Shown piece after piece: positions 1 to 10,400 of a stretch of DNA of 27,509 bases. Location: the IMG/VR virus record IMGVR_UViG_3300022602_000035; one strand, given 5' to 3'. This DNA comes from an uncultured virus (IMG/VR IMGVR_UViG_3300022602_000035). Lineage: Duplodnaviria > Heunggongvirae > Uroviricota > Caudoviricetes. The position numbers and the translations under genes were made by a program. The notes under the pieces are model-generated. The model saw nothing but the letters and a program-made list of their open reading frames with translations. It searched no databases and had not been told where the DNA came from. Position 1 is the first letter of the stretch. Each line of letters begins with the position of its first letter.

Positions 1-1
1 G

Positions 2-172
2 TTTGGTTGGTCTGGGATATATAGACCAAATTACCCACATCACACACAAGGTGAACCAGAGTTAACTAATCATACCTATCTAGGGTGGAATGGTATTTGG
101 ACTTTGGAATTTACAACTCCAATTTATACTTGGATCCATAACATTGAAAATTTAGGTTGGATTTATGAATAA
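2..172 (+). CDS. 3' end of a hypothetical protein, truncated by the window start (...FGWSGIYRPNYPHHTQG...LGWIYE*)
   Basis: Frame +2 is open from base 2 to TAA at 170-172 and is followed directly by a promoter. Confidence 0.6.
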   Translation, partial: FGWSGIYRPNYPHHTQGEPELTNHTYLGWNGIWTLEFTTPIYTWIHNIENLGWIYE

Positions 173-177
173 TTTGG

Positions 178-206
178 TTGACTTTTTGATATTTTGGTAG
201 TATAAT
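178..206 (+). promoter_or_regulatory. sigma70-type early promoter
   Basis: TTGACT(178-183)-17 bp-TATAAT(201-206); SD AGGAG before ATG 247. Confidence 0.85.
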
Positions 207-246
207 AGTAACTGAGCAGTATAATATTAACTTGTAGGAGAAAAAT

Positions 247-564
247 ATGTTTAAAGTAGTTGGAGTTTCGACACTTAACGGTGTTACCAAAGTGCGTTTT
301 GCTAATGATTTTGTTAGCCGTGTTAAGATGTTGGTCAAAGATGGTCATACTGATATCGAATTGTATGAACTTCCAGAACCGCTGTCTAAAGCTGATGCAG
401 TTACACACTTAAAAGCAACAACATTAATGGATACTCCTCGTTTTGCAGAAGCTATTACACTTGCAGATGAGAAATACAATCATAATTATGCTGTTAAATT
501 AAGCCGTCCTAAGAGTGCATTAAGCATTGAGGCTATCAAAACACGTGCAGGAATCGTTGCCTAA
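247..564 (+). CDS. hypothetical phage protein, 105 aa
   Basis: ORF with promoter, strong SD and phage-typical codon usage. Confidence 0.8.
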   Translation: MFKVVGVSTLNGVTKVRFANDFVSRVKMLVKDGHTDIELYELPEPLSKADAVTHLKATTLMDTPRFAEAITLADEKYNHNYAVKLSRPKSALSIEAIKTRAGIVA

Positions 565-566
565 GG

Positions 567-574
567 TGTAAATA
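567..574 (+). promoter_or_regulatory. putative T4-late-like promoter (TGTAAATA)
   Basis: TAAATA core in the intergenic gap before ORF 626; resembles T4 TATAAATA. Confidence 0.4.
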
Positions 575-625
575 CTGGTATAGCGATCCCGATTCTATCC
601 CGACCGCTACTATGGAGGATATGTT

Positions 626-1006
626 ATGAGGATCGCTACACTTGCACTATTAGTGTCATTGTCTGCAATGGCAGATGAACCAACTGAAATGTACATGCCA
701 AATGACAGTGGCGGGTACATTGTATTAACCCTAGAAGATTGTCGAGTTAAAACTTCAGATTATCCCTATAGGGCCTATGCTACAGAGTCAGAGTCAGGAC
801 CTGCGCTACATGAAGGCTGTTGGACTAGATTCACTGACCCAGAGTATGATAAATTTGCAGAAAGTATGGTTAGTACCTATTGGGGTCCAGGCCTAATGGC
901 CAGCTTTAGACAGAGGTTGTTTAGTCCTAATAAAGCACGTTGGACTGATGATAAGAACCCAATGACTATACGAGCACCAGAAGTGGTAGTAAAACCTAAT
1001 ACCTAG
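626..1006 (+). CDS. hypothetical exported protein with Sec signal peptide, 126 aa
   Basis: N-terminus MRIATLALLVSLSAMA|DE has a basic residue, hydrophobic core and A-x-A site; two Cys; SD GGAGG. Confidence 0.75.
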   Translation: MRIATLALLVSLSAMADEPTEMYMPNDSGGYIVLTLEDCRVKTSDYPYRAYATESESGPALHEGCWTRFTDPEYDKFAESMVSTYWGPGLMASFRQRLFSPNKARWTDDKNPMTIRAPEVVVKPNT

Positions 1007-1013
1007 ATAAGTA
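1006..1013 (+). promoter_or_regulatory. putative late-type promoter (GATAAGTA) for the tmRNA
   Basis: Variant of the ATAAATA box just upstream of the predicted tmRNA precursor 5' end. Confidence 0.4.
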
Positions 1014-1020
1014 TTGTATT

Positions 1021-1332
1021 AAAGAATTGTTGTATAAGCTCTAAAGTAATATCGTTGCGGACGCCGGTTCGACCCCGGCCACCTCCACTGAGGGCATTTG
1101 AAAAAGTGTCTTGAGTGGGGGTGTATTTGGTTTCGACGTGGCGGGATAGGATAAGGGTCAACACATCATGTGGATGTAAAACGCAAACTCAAGTAAATGC
1201 AAACGCAAATACTAAAGACGTAGTTAAAGTATCTATGGGTCGTGGCTTCCGCTTCGCTCGTGGTACCGAAGCTGTAGCAGCCTAAGAAACTGCAACGTCC
1301 GGGGTAGGACTTACCTTGTTACCAAAACAACC
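1021..1332 (+). ncRNA. ssrA: two-piece (circularly permuted) tmRNA
   Basis: T-arm GCCGG-TTCGACC-CCGGC (1063-1079) and acceptor 3' strand CACCTCC-A (1080-1087) lie upstream of the acceptor 5' strand GGGGGTG (1117-1123), which gives a G3:U70 pair. Also present: D-loop-like TATTTGGTTTCGAC; P2 pairing 1137-1143/1053-1059; PK1 (1163-1167/1173-1177 and 1169-1172/1182-1185); tag ORF 1199-1285 ending AVAA-TAA with the stop in a hairpin loop. Ends are approximate. Confidence 0.93.
1199..1285 (+). other. tmRNA tag reading frame ANANTKDVVKVSMGRGFRFARGTEAVAA*
   Basis: Resume codon GCA follows the upstream GTAAAT element 13 nt after PK1; C-terminal AA degron. Confidence 0.85.
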
Positions 1333-1355
1333 ACCCGCTTCGGCGGGTTTCTTCT
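1333..1355 (+). terminator. Rho-independent terminator with cUUCGg loop
   Basis: ACCCGC-TTCG-GCGGGT followed by TTCTTCT. Confidence 0.85.
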
Positions 1356-1376
1356 AATCTATTATGAAAGACTAAT

Positions 1377-1952
1377 ATGACAACAAATTTTGATCGCGCA
1401 ATGGCAGTAGCGGCTCACAAACAGAAAAAATTAATTAAAAAAATGTACAGCAAATCAAACTGGGGTATGGACCTTAGTCTAGAAGACTTGGCATTGATCA
1501 GTGCTACATATCCAAGTGCGCAACAATACGGTCCGAAATTTGAGAAATGGATCAATAATCAGTTTGGTTGGACTAGATTAAAAGCCAAAGCAGATCGTGG
1601 TGATAGTCTTACACTAAGTGGCAAATACATTGAACAAAAATGGTGCATTCGCACTGACACTGGCCCAACAGGCCTACAACATCGTTTCTGGCAGGAAATT
1701 GACTACTATCTATATGGTCACGTAGATGATACAGATAGTGAAAATATTACTGTAGACCTATATCTTCTAACCAAAGCACAGGTATTAGAAGAAGCTGAAA
1801 AATTGAATCTAATTGTAAGCCATGGTACTCCTACTGCTATTCTACTAAATGAACATGTTGAATATACCATGGGTGTACGCTATGGTAGCGACGACCATCA
1901 ACGTTGGAAAAAACTTTACCAAATCCAATTAACGGATTTAGAAAATCTTTAG
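1377..1952 (+). CDS. putative PD-(D/E)XK restriction-endonuclease-like nuclease, 191 aa
   Basis: Motif order: helix Glu (YGPKFEKWI), GD (DRGDS), E-x-K (YIEQK), then QxR (LQHRF). Confidence 0.55.
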   Translation: MTTNFDRAMAVAAHKQKKLIKKMYSKSNWGMDLSLEDLALISATYPSAQQYGPKFEKWINNQFGWTRLKAKADRGDSLTLSGKYIEQKWCIRTDTGPTGLQHRFWQEIDYYLYGHVDDTDSENITVDLYLLTKAQVLEEAEKLNLIVSHGTPTAILLNEHVEYTMGVRYGSDDHQRWKKLYQIQLTDLENL

Positions 1953-1964
1953 TCACCAAAACTT

Positions 1965-1993
1965 TTGACTTAAATAGTTGTCTGTATTATACT
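1965..1993 (+). promoter_or_regulatory. sigma70-type promoter of groES-groEL, with a nested TAAATA late-like box
   Basis: TTGACT(1965-1970)-17 bp-TATACT(1988-1993); CTTAAATA at 1969-1976. Confidence 0.8.
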
Positions 1994-2056
1994 ATATGTT
2001 TCGTGCCTGATATAGGGCGTAGCATATATTTTATTTGCTTAATTAAGGAGTAAGAA
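1994..2056 (+). promoter_or_regulatory. ROSE-like RNA thermometer candidate in the groES leader
   Basis: An imperfect upstream hairpin (1994-2027) is followed by TTTGCTT-AATT-AAGGAG (2034-2050), where UUGCU pairs with the SD with a bulged G. Confidence 0.5.
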
Positions 2057-2350
2057 ATGAAGTTAAACCCATTACACGATCGTGTAGTAGTCAAACGTGT
2101 CGACGCAGACACACAGTCAGCAGGTGGTATCTTTATCCCTGATAACGTAGCTCAAAAACCAGACCAAGGTATTGTATTAGCTGTAGGCGCAGGTCGCCGT
2201 ACAGAAGAAGGCACTGTATTACCTATGTCAGTGCAGGTCAATGACAAGGTATTATTTGGTCAAAACACTGGAGAACAGGTAAAGATCGAAGGTGAAGAGT
2301 TACTGGTATTAAAAGAATCAGAAATTTACGCAGTTATTGAGGAGAACTAA
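2057..2350 (+). CDS. groES: co-chaperonin GroES (Cpn10)
   Basis: PLHDRVVV, GGIFIPD mobile loop, AVGAG, V.DKVLF, GEELLVLKESEI. Confidence 0.97.
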   Translation: MKLNPLHDRVVVKRVDADTQSAGGIFIPDNVAQKPDQGIVLAVGAGRRTEEGTVLPMSVQVNDKVLFGQNTGEQVKIEGEELLVLKESEIYAVIEEN

Positions 2351-3970
<1,620 letters not shown>

Positions 3971-3988
3971 ACTAAATTAGTTTAGCTT

Positions 3989-4017
3989 AAAATAGCACCT
4001 ACGGGTGCTATTTTTTT
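3989..4017 (+). terminator. Rho-independent terminator with cUACGg loop
   Basis: AAAATAGCACC-TACG-GGTGCTATTTTTTT. Confidence 0.9.
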
Positions 4018-4040
4018 GTCTTTAGTTTCTAACTCCCAAG

Positions 4041-4048
4041 CATAAATA
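4041..4048 (+). promoter_or_regulatory. T4-late-like promoter (CATAAATA)
   Basis: Lies between a terminator and the first structural gene; no sigma70 -35 seen. Confidence 0.65.
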
Positions 4049-4081
4049 ACAATATAGTAGCTTTTTGGGAGATATGGAACA

Positions 4082-5068
4082 ATGGCTAATAAAAACTTCG
4101 TAGTCCATAACGGACTTACGGTTGGCCTCTTAACAATCGACGCCACAACAGGCGACATCACAACTCCAGGTAATCTTAAACTTTCCGGTAATGGGACTGT
4201 AACAGTTACGAATGTATCTGTAAGTTCAATGAGTCTAGGTGATACCAGTATCAGTATATATGATCCGGGTACTGGTGGTAACATTAGAATTATTGTTGAT
4301 GGTACTGTAGAACAAACTATTAGTGCCGCAGGTATCAGTACCGTGGGTCTTGCATCATCAGGTGTAGTTACAGCATCAGGTGTTGTCTATGCCAATTCTG
4401 CTACTGACACTACATCAACATCAACTGGTGCAGTTATAGTACCTACTGGTGGTATTAGTGTAGCAGGTAATGCTTACGTAGGTAAAAACCTATATGTAGG
4501 TGGCAGTACAGCATTTACTACAGCACTAACAACTCCGACAGTTGTCGCAGTAGACAACGGCAGTGCCTATGCACAGATGGCACAGATTAACACTGCTCTA
4601 ACTGGCAGTGCTGACTTTATTGCTTATCCAGGTGATTATCCAGGCCCAAGTAGTGATCATGGCTGGATAGACATGGGTTTTACAGGTACAGGATTTAATG
4701 ATCCAAACTACACAATTACTAAACCACAGGATGGTTACTTATTTGCATCTGGTGCAAACACCAGCGTTGGTGGTAACTTAGTTCTAGCTACAGATAGCAC
4801 AGGTCTATTTAACGATATTGTTATTGGTGTTGGTAGTTTTAATGCATCTAGTGAAGTTGCTCGTTTCCACGGTAACGTAAGTAATAACGGCAACCTAAGA
4901 TTAGAATATACAACCCCAAGCACAAGCACAACATCTGGGGCATTACAAATAAGCGGTGGCGCAGGCGTTGCTGGTAACATTAACGTTGGCGGACAAATAA
5001 CAATTGCAGGTGCAATTGCAGCAACATTGGCTGATGCTACTGCATTAGCGATAGCATTAGGCGGTTAA
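4082..5068 (+). CDS. virion structural / tail-fibre-like protein, 328 aa
   Basis: G/T/S/N-rich; TSTSTTSGALQISGGAGVAGN repeats; shares a domain with ORF 11351. Confidence 0.75.
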   Translation: MANKNFVVHNGLTVGLLTIDATTGDITTPGNLKLSGNGTVTVTNVSVSSMSLGDTSISIYDPGTGGNIRIIVDGTVEQTISAAGISTVGLASSGVVTASGVVYANSATDTTSTSTGAVIVPTGGISVAGNAYVGKNLYVGGSTAFTTALTTPTVVAVDNGSAYAQMAQINTALTGSADFIAYPGDYPGPSSDHGWIDMGFTGTGFNDPNYTITKPQDGYLFASGANTSVGGNLVLATDSTGLFNDIVIGVGSFNASSEVARFHGNVSNNGNLRLEYTTPSTSTTSGALQISGGAGVAGNINVGGQITIAGAIAATLADATALAIALGG

Positions 5069-5078
5069 GGAAAACAAT

Positions 5079-5411
5079 ATGGCAAATACATTTTATAGAA
5101 AATTTAGTGGTAACGTAGGCAATACCGCAGTAACAGTTGGTAGCTACACAGTAGGAACAAGTACTACATCAGTTATTGTAGGACTAACATTGTGTAACGT
5201 AGTTGGATCAACTATCAATGCCAGCGTGTATATTAATAATGGTAGTAATAACTATTATATAATTAAATCTGCTCCAATTTCATCTGGTGGTGCATTGGTG
5301 CCAATCGGTGGTGAACAAAAAGTGATCTTACAAACTGGCGATAACGTTAGAGTAGTAAGTGATACTGCATCATCCATTGACTGTGTTCTAAGTATCATGG
5401 AGATAACATAA
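5079..5411 (+). CDS. small virion-associated beta-rich protein, 110 aa
   Basis: Inside the late structural operon with SD AAGGA. Confidence 0.7.
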   Translation: MANTFYRKFSGNVGNTAVTVGSYTVGTSTTSVIVGLTLCNVVGSTINASVYINNGSNNYYIIKSAPISSGGALVPIGGEQKVILQTGDNVRVVSDTASSIDCVLSIMEIT

Positions 5412-5412
5412 T

Positions 5413-7038
5413 ATGGCATATATTGGTTTAACGCCAACTATCCAAAACCTTGCTACCAGTTCACAACAACTTAGCGGTGATGGCACTACAAAACAATTTA
5501 CACTGCAACAAAGTGTAGGCAAAGCATCTGACATAATTGTTGCTGTAGGAAGTACTTTACAAATTCCAAATACTGACTATACTGCATCAGCGACTTCTGT
5601 TATTTTTACCAATGCACCTACAAGCGGTACTAATAATATTTCAGTAAGCTATGTTGGCGGCGCATTGAATACTGTTTATCTATCAGCTAACTCATTTCCA
5701 GTAGGAACTACAACTGCTCCATCAATTAACGCAGTAACAGCAGCTTCGACAGGTATTTACTGGCCAAGTATTAACAGCCTAGCAGTATCAGTTTCTGGCA
5801 ATACTCGTGTAACTGTTAGTGATGCAGCACAGGGTCTTGCAACCAGCACAACCACTGGTGCATTGCGTGTTGTTGGCGGTGTTGGTATTACAGGCGATGG
5901 TTACTTTGGCGGTGTTATTCGTGCATCGGGTACCACTGATTCAACTAACAGTACAACTGGCGCACTTGTAGTATCAGGCGGTGTTGGTATCGCTAAGAGT
6001 GTTAACGTTTTAGGTAGTATGGTTATCAGCGGCGGATTAACTGTAGCTGGTGCGTTCAACACAACCAGTACCAACAGTTTGGTTGTTAACACTCCATTCT
6101 TATTCTTAGCTAACACTAACGTATCTGACTCAGTTGATATTGGTACTATCGGTACATATCAAGGTGTTGATTCTGTACAACGTTATACAGGACTATTCCG
6201 CGCACAGTCAGATGGAACTTATAGATTATTCACAAATTTAACAAATCAACCTAGTACATTAGTCGACAAAGGCAATGTTAGTTTCCGCCACGCTGATTTA
6301 TGGTTGGGCAATGCAAACGTCACTTCAACTGTAAGTTCAACAACATCAACGACCGGTGCATTAACAGTATGGGGCGGTGTTGGTGCACGTGGTGCGTTAT
6401 ACCTAAACAGTGTAAACAATGCTATCGCTATTGGCAACGGTGGCACAAGTGGCACAGGCAGTATCGGTGCTTCAGGTGCTATATTTGGCGCATTCTGGGG
6501 TACGACTGCTAACTTTAACAGCACGGTCACAGTAAACAGTACTGCACAATCAATAGCAATTGCTAATGGTGGTACAAGTGGTTCGGGTGATATCGGTGCT
6601 TCGGGTGCTACCTTTGGTACTGTATGGGCCAAAGCTACATCAGCACAGTACGCTGACTTGGCAGAAAATTATCTAGGTGACAGTCAAGCTGATACTGGCA
6701 CTGTTATGCTTTTTGGTGGCGAGTGGGAAGTAACAGAGTGTAACGATGACATGAGTCCACGTGTAGCAGGTGTAGTTTCTACAAATCCTGCACACTTGAT
6801 GAATAATGGTCTAATTGAAGATCCAGATCGTAACAAATATGTGGTAACTATCGCTTTAACTGGTCGAGTTCCATGTAAAGTAACAGGCACAGTACGCAAA
6901 GGTGACCTAATGGTATCAGCAGGTAACGGTCGTGCTCGCGCAGAAGCTAATCCAGTAATGGGCAGTGTAATTGGTAAAGCATTAGAAAACTTTGATGAAC
7001 TAGAAGGCATAATCGAAGTTGTAGTTGGCAGAGTTTAG
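5413..7038 (+). CDS. tail fibre/spike with C-terminal intramolecular-chaperone (peptidase G2-like) domain, 541 aa
   Basis: Fibre repeats STTTGAL.V.GGVG; C-terminus AQYADLAENY...GRVPCKV...KGDL...IGKALE...IEVVVGRV. Confidence 0.75.
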   Translation: MAYIGLTPTIQNLATSSQQLSGDGTTKQFTLQQSVGKASDIIVAVGSTLQIPNTDYTASATSVIFTNAPTSGTNNISVSYVGGALNTVYLSANSFPVGTTTAPSINAVTAASTGIYWPSINSLAVSVSGNTRVTVSDAAQGLATSTTTGALRVVGGVGITGDGYFGGVIRASGTTDSTNSTTGALVVSGGVGIAKSVNVLGSMVISGGLTVAGAFNTTSTNSLVVNTPFLFLANTNVSDSVDIGTIGTYQGVDSVQRYTGLFRAQSDGTYRLFTNLTNQPSTLVDKGNVSFRHADLWLGNANVTSTVSSTTSTTGALTVWGGVGARGALYLNSVNNAIAIGNGGTSGTGSIGASGAIFGAFWGTTANFNSTVTVNSTAQSIAIANGGTSGSGDIGASGATFGTVWAKATSAQYADLAENYLGDSQADTGTVMLFGGEWEVTECNDDMSPRVAGVVSTNPAHLMNNGLIEDPDRNKYVVTIALTGRVPCKVTGTVRKGDLMVSAGNGRARAEANPVMGSVIGKALENFDELEGIIEVVVGRV

Positions 7039-7046
7039 GAGAAGGT

Positions 7047-7451
7047 ATGTCATACTTAGGAAGAAGTCCACAGGCTGGTAATTATGTTAAACTAGATGAT
7101 ATATCTACACAGTTTAACGGTTCGTTATCAACATTTAATACCACAGTATCAGGAGTCGCCTACACTGTAAGCAATCCTTATGCTACATTAGTTGGTGCTA
7201 ACGGTACATTTTTACAACCAGGGGTTGATTATAACTTTAACCAATCAACAATCACATTCGCCACTGCACCAACCAGTGCTTGGCTAAGTAAGTTTTGGGT
7301 AGTAGTGTTAGGTGATGTCCTTAATGTAGGTATACCTAGCAATAATACTATTACAAACAGCATGATGGTACCTGGTACACTGCAATACACATCATTAGCA
7401 ACATCTACAAAAGCTACATTGATAGCGAACTCACTTATTTTTGGGGCATAA
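7047..7451 (+). CDS. structural protein, paralogous to the N-terminal domain of ORF 5413, 134 aa
   Basis: MSYLG/MAYIG start, LQPGVDY/LQIPNTDY and ITFATAP/VIFTNAP are shared. Confidence 0.7.
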   Translation: MSYLGRSPQAGNYVKLDDISTQFNGSLSTFNTTVSGVAYTVSNPYATLVGANGTFLQPGVDYNFNQSTITFATAPTSAWLSKFWVVVLGDVLNVGIPSNNTITNSMMVPGTLQYTSLATSTKATLIANSLIFGA

Positions 7452-7454
7452 CAA

Positions 7455-10400
7455 ATGGCAAGACAACAATTAAGAAATTACGTTTTTACACCAGCTGGCG
7501 CAGGTGTAGGTACAGTTAAGGTACCTGGCAACTTTGCTGGTGCGCAGATCTTAACTATCCTAAACACCACGAGTCAGACATTTATCTATAACTTTGCAGA
7601 CCCTACATTAGGTGCTGTAATTACATGGCAAAGTACGCCAGATGTAAACTTCCCAACAAGTATTGACGGTGTAACAACTATTACATTGACTACCGGTACA
7701 GCATCAATGAACGCATCAGATAAGTTGGCCATTTATGCTGAGGTTCCTTATGTAGCACAACGTCCATTTGCCACAGATGCAGTTGAACGTCTACGTATTG
7801 CTAACCCACAGTCACTAATCGACGCTGACTTTGAGTACGGCTTACAAAATACCAAATGGCAAAGTCTGTTTACCAACAACGATAACCCAAGTATCTATGA
7901 AGTTCCAGGTTCGGACATTTATGCTAACATTATTTCATATGTTGGATTTACAGGTGCTGCTGTTACTTCTAACTCGCAGACTTCTGTAGTTATTAGCAAC
8001 AATGGTGTTGCAGGTAATAATGCTCCAAACTGGACACCTGGTGATTTTGCTGTTACGTGGAATCCGTATGTGGCTAATCCTCCAGCAACAACTTATCTAA
8101 CTGCTAACGTAGCCAGTGAAAACCAACGTGGCCTTACTGTTCAAAGCAGTTCAGGTTTCTCAGTTGGACAAAACATTATTATTAGCTATGCACCGACTGC
8201 GGTTAGTGGTCCGACTACAACAGTATCCACATCAAACTTATCACCAGGTACTACATCACTGTCAGTGACCAGCGGTACAAATATTGCAACAGGCAGCATG
8301 ATTATGGTGTTTACTGCTAACACAACATCTGCTCTTGGATTCCAAACAGAGTTGATGACAGTTACAGCAGGTGGTGGTTCAACATCATTAACTGTAGCAC
8401 GTAATCGTCTAGGATCTAATGCAGGTAATGCGTATATTACTTCAGGTGCTGCAGTTTACGTTGTTGCCCAAGCCGAAGTAGCAAATATCGTTAGTATTCC
8501 TAACTCAACAACAATTAACGTTAACCGCGCATACATGAATACCATCTCTCAAGACTTGTTAGCGCAAGGTTCAGTTATCCAAGCAATTAACTGGGATGCA
8601 TCGACTGGTTCTGGTACTAACGTTGAAATTATTCAAACAACAATTATCGGTAACGCTGCTGGTAATACTGCTACTATTGCACGCGGTGCGATGGGCACTA
8701 CTGCAGTATCTGCATTGGGTTCAGGTAGTCCAGTTTTACGTTTAAGTGGTATATTTGTAGCTGGTTCAGCTAACTTACCATTAATTGGTGTTAATTTACC
8801 CGGTCATCACTTTGTATCCAACGGTGCAGTAAGTACAACTAACCATGTTGATACTAACAGTGAAGGTCAATATCAAGTAGTTAATACATACCCTAACTAC
8901 TTTACCTACTATCCACGTCGTGGTAGTGCAGCCACAGTGGGTTACCAACTAAATCGTTGGGACACACAGATTCGTTATGCTGGTTTCTATGGTACAGCAA
9001 GTTTACCACAGGTATCATTTACATCTGATGGTGCTACACCGAGTACTATCACAGGTACAACGGCTTATGCACACGGCCTAGCTCCAGCAACACCTATTCT
9101 GGCTAACTTGATTGCAGCAACTAATAGTGTTTATTGCAACGGTTCGTTTACTATTTTAAGTATTCCAACACCAACTACATTTACGTTCCAAGCTAAAGCT
9201 GGTGCAAGTGTAACTGGTCCAATCACTGGTGCAATTTATGCTCGTCCAAGTGCGTTCTTTACACATAGAGCTGCAGACGGTGGTGTGTTACTAGGTACAG
9301 GTACACCGCATCACGGCGCAAGTGCAGCACGTCAAACTAAGAAATACTTCCGTTACCAATCTGGTAAAGGTCTAATGTGGACATCAGGTACACTATTAGG
9401 TTCTAACTTTGACCTAACAGCAGTTAGTTCGACAGGGACAGGTGCAGGTAGTACAATTACAGTTACCACTGACCAGGAACATCAATTACAAATTGGTGCC
9501 AATATTCAAATTAGTGGTATTACTACTACTGGTTATAACGGTTATTATCTAGTACAGGCTATCACTGGTGACCACACATTCCAAGTTAATGCTGCAAGTT
9601 CATTAGGCGATACTGGTGCTAACGTAATTTATCAAAACCAACCAAAAGCTACTACAGTTAGTTGGATTGGTGCAAGTGTACGTGCTGGTATTTTTGATGC
9701 ACAAAACGGTGTATTCTTTGAAAACACAGGTACACAGATTAACGTAGTACAACGTTCAGCCACTTACTACATGACTGGTACTGTGTCAGTTGAAGTTGCT
9801 ACTAACTTGTGTACAGGCGATGGTACTTGCCACTTTACTCAACAGTATGTAGCTGGTGATAAGATTGTGTTACGTGGTATGACACACACTGTTACAAGTA
9901 TTATTGATGATAACCAACTAACGATTTCACCAGTATGGCGTGGCCTAACTAACCAAACACGTATTAAACCAAGTAAGGTTGTTGAACGTCGTGTGCAACA
10001 AGCACAGTGGAACCTAGACCGTTTAGATGGTACTGGCCCAAGTGGTTACTTAATGGATCCAACTAAGATGCAGATGTTGATGATTCAATACACATGGTAC
10101 GGTGCTGGTTTCGTAGACTACGGTGTTCGCGGACAAAACGGTAATTATGTATTCTGTCATCGTTTTATGAACAACAACTTGAATTATCAAGCGTATATGC
10201 GTACTGGTAACTTACCTGCACGTTACGAAGCTATTAATGATACACCATATCAGATCTTATCTGCTGCAATGGGCAGTGGTGATACAACGTTTACTATCTA
10301 TGATAGCACACAGTTCCCTACACCTACACCAACAAGCCCAGTATACGCATTAATTGACAATGAAATTGTTAAATGTACTGGTATTACCCCGGGTTCAACA

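Noticed and set aside
581..609. TAGCG-(ATCCCGA x2)-CGCTA leader structure before ORF 626 as a riboswitch
   Set aside because: The stem is short and weak and matches no family I recognise; it is probably just a 5' hairpin. An Infernal search would be needed.
1060..1090. A stand-alone tRNA or tRNA-fragment attachment site
   Set aside because: There is no anticodon arm, and the matching acceptor 5' strand lies downstream. The permuted tmRNA explains it fully.
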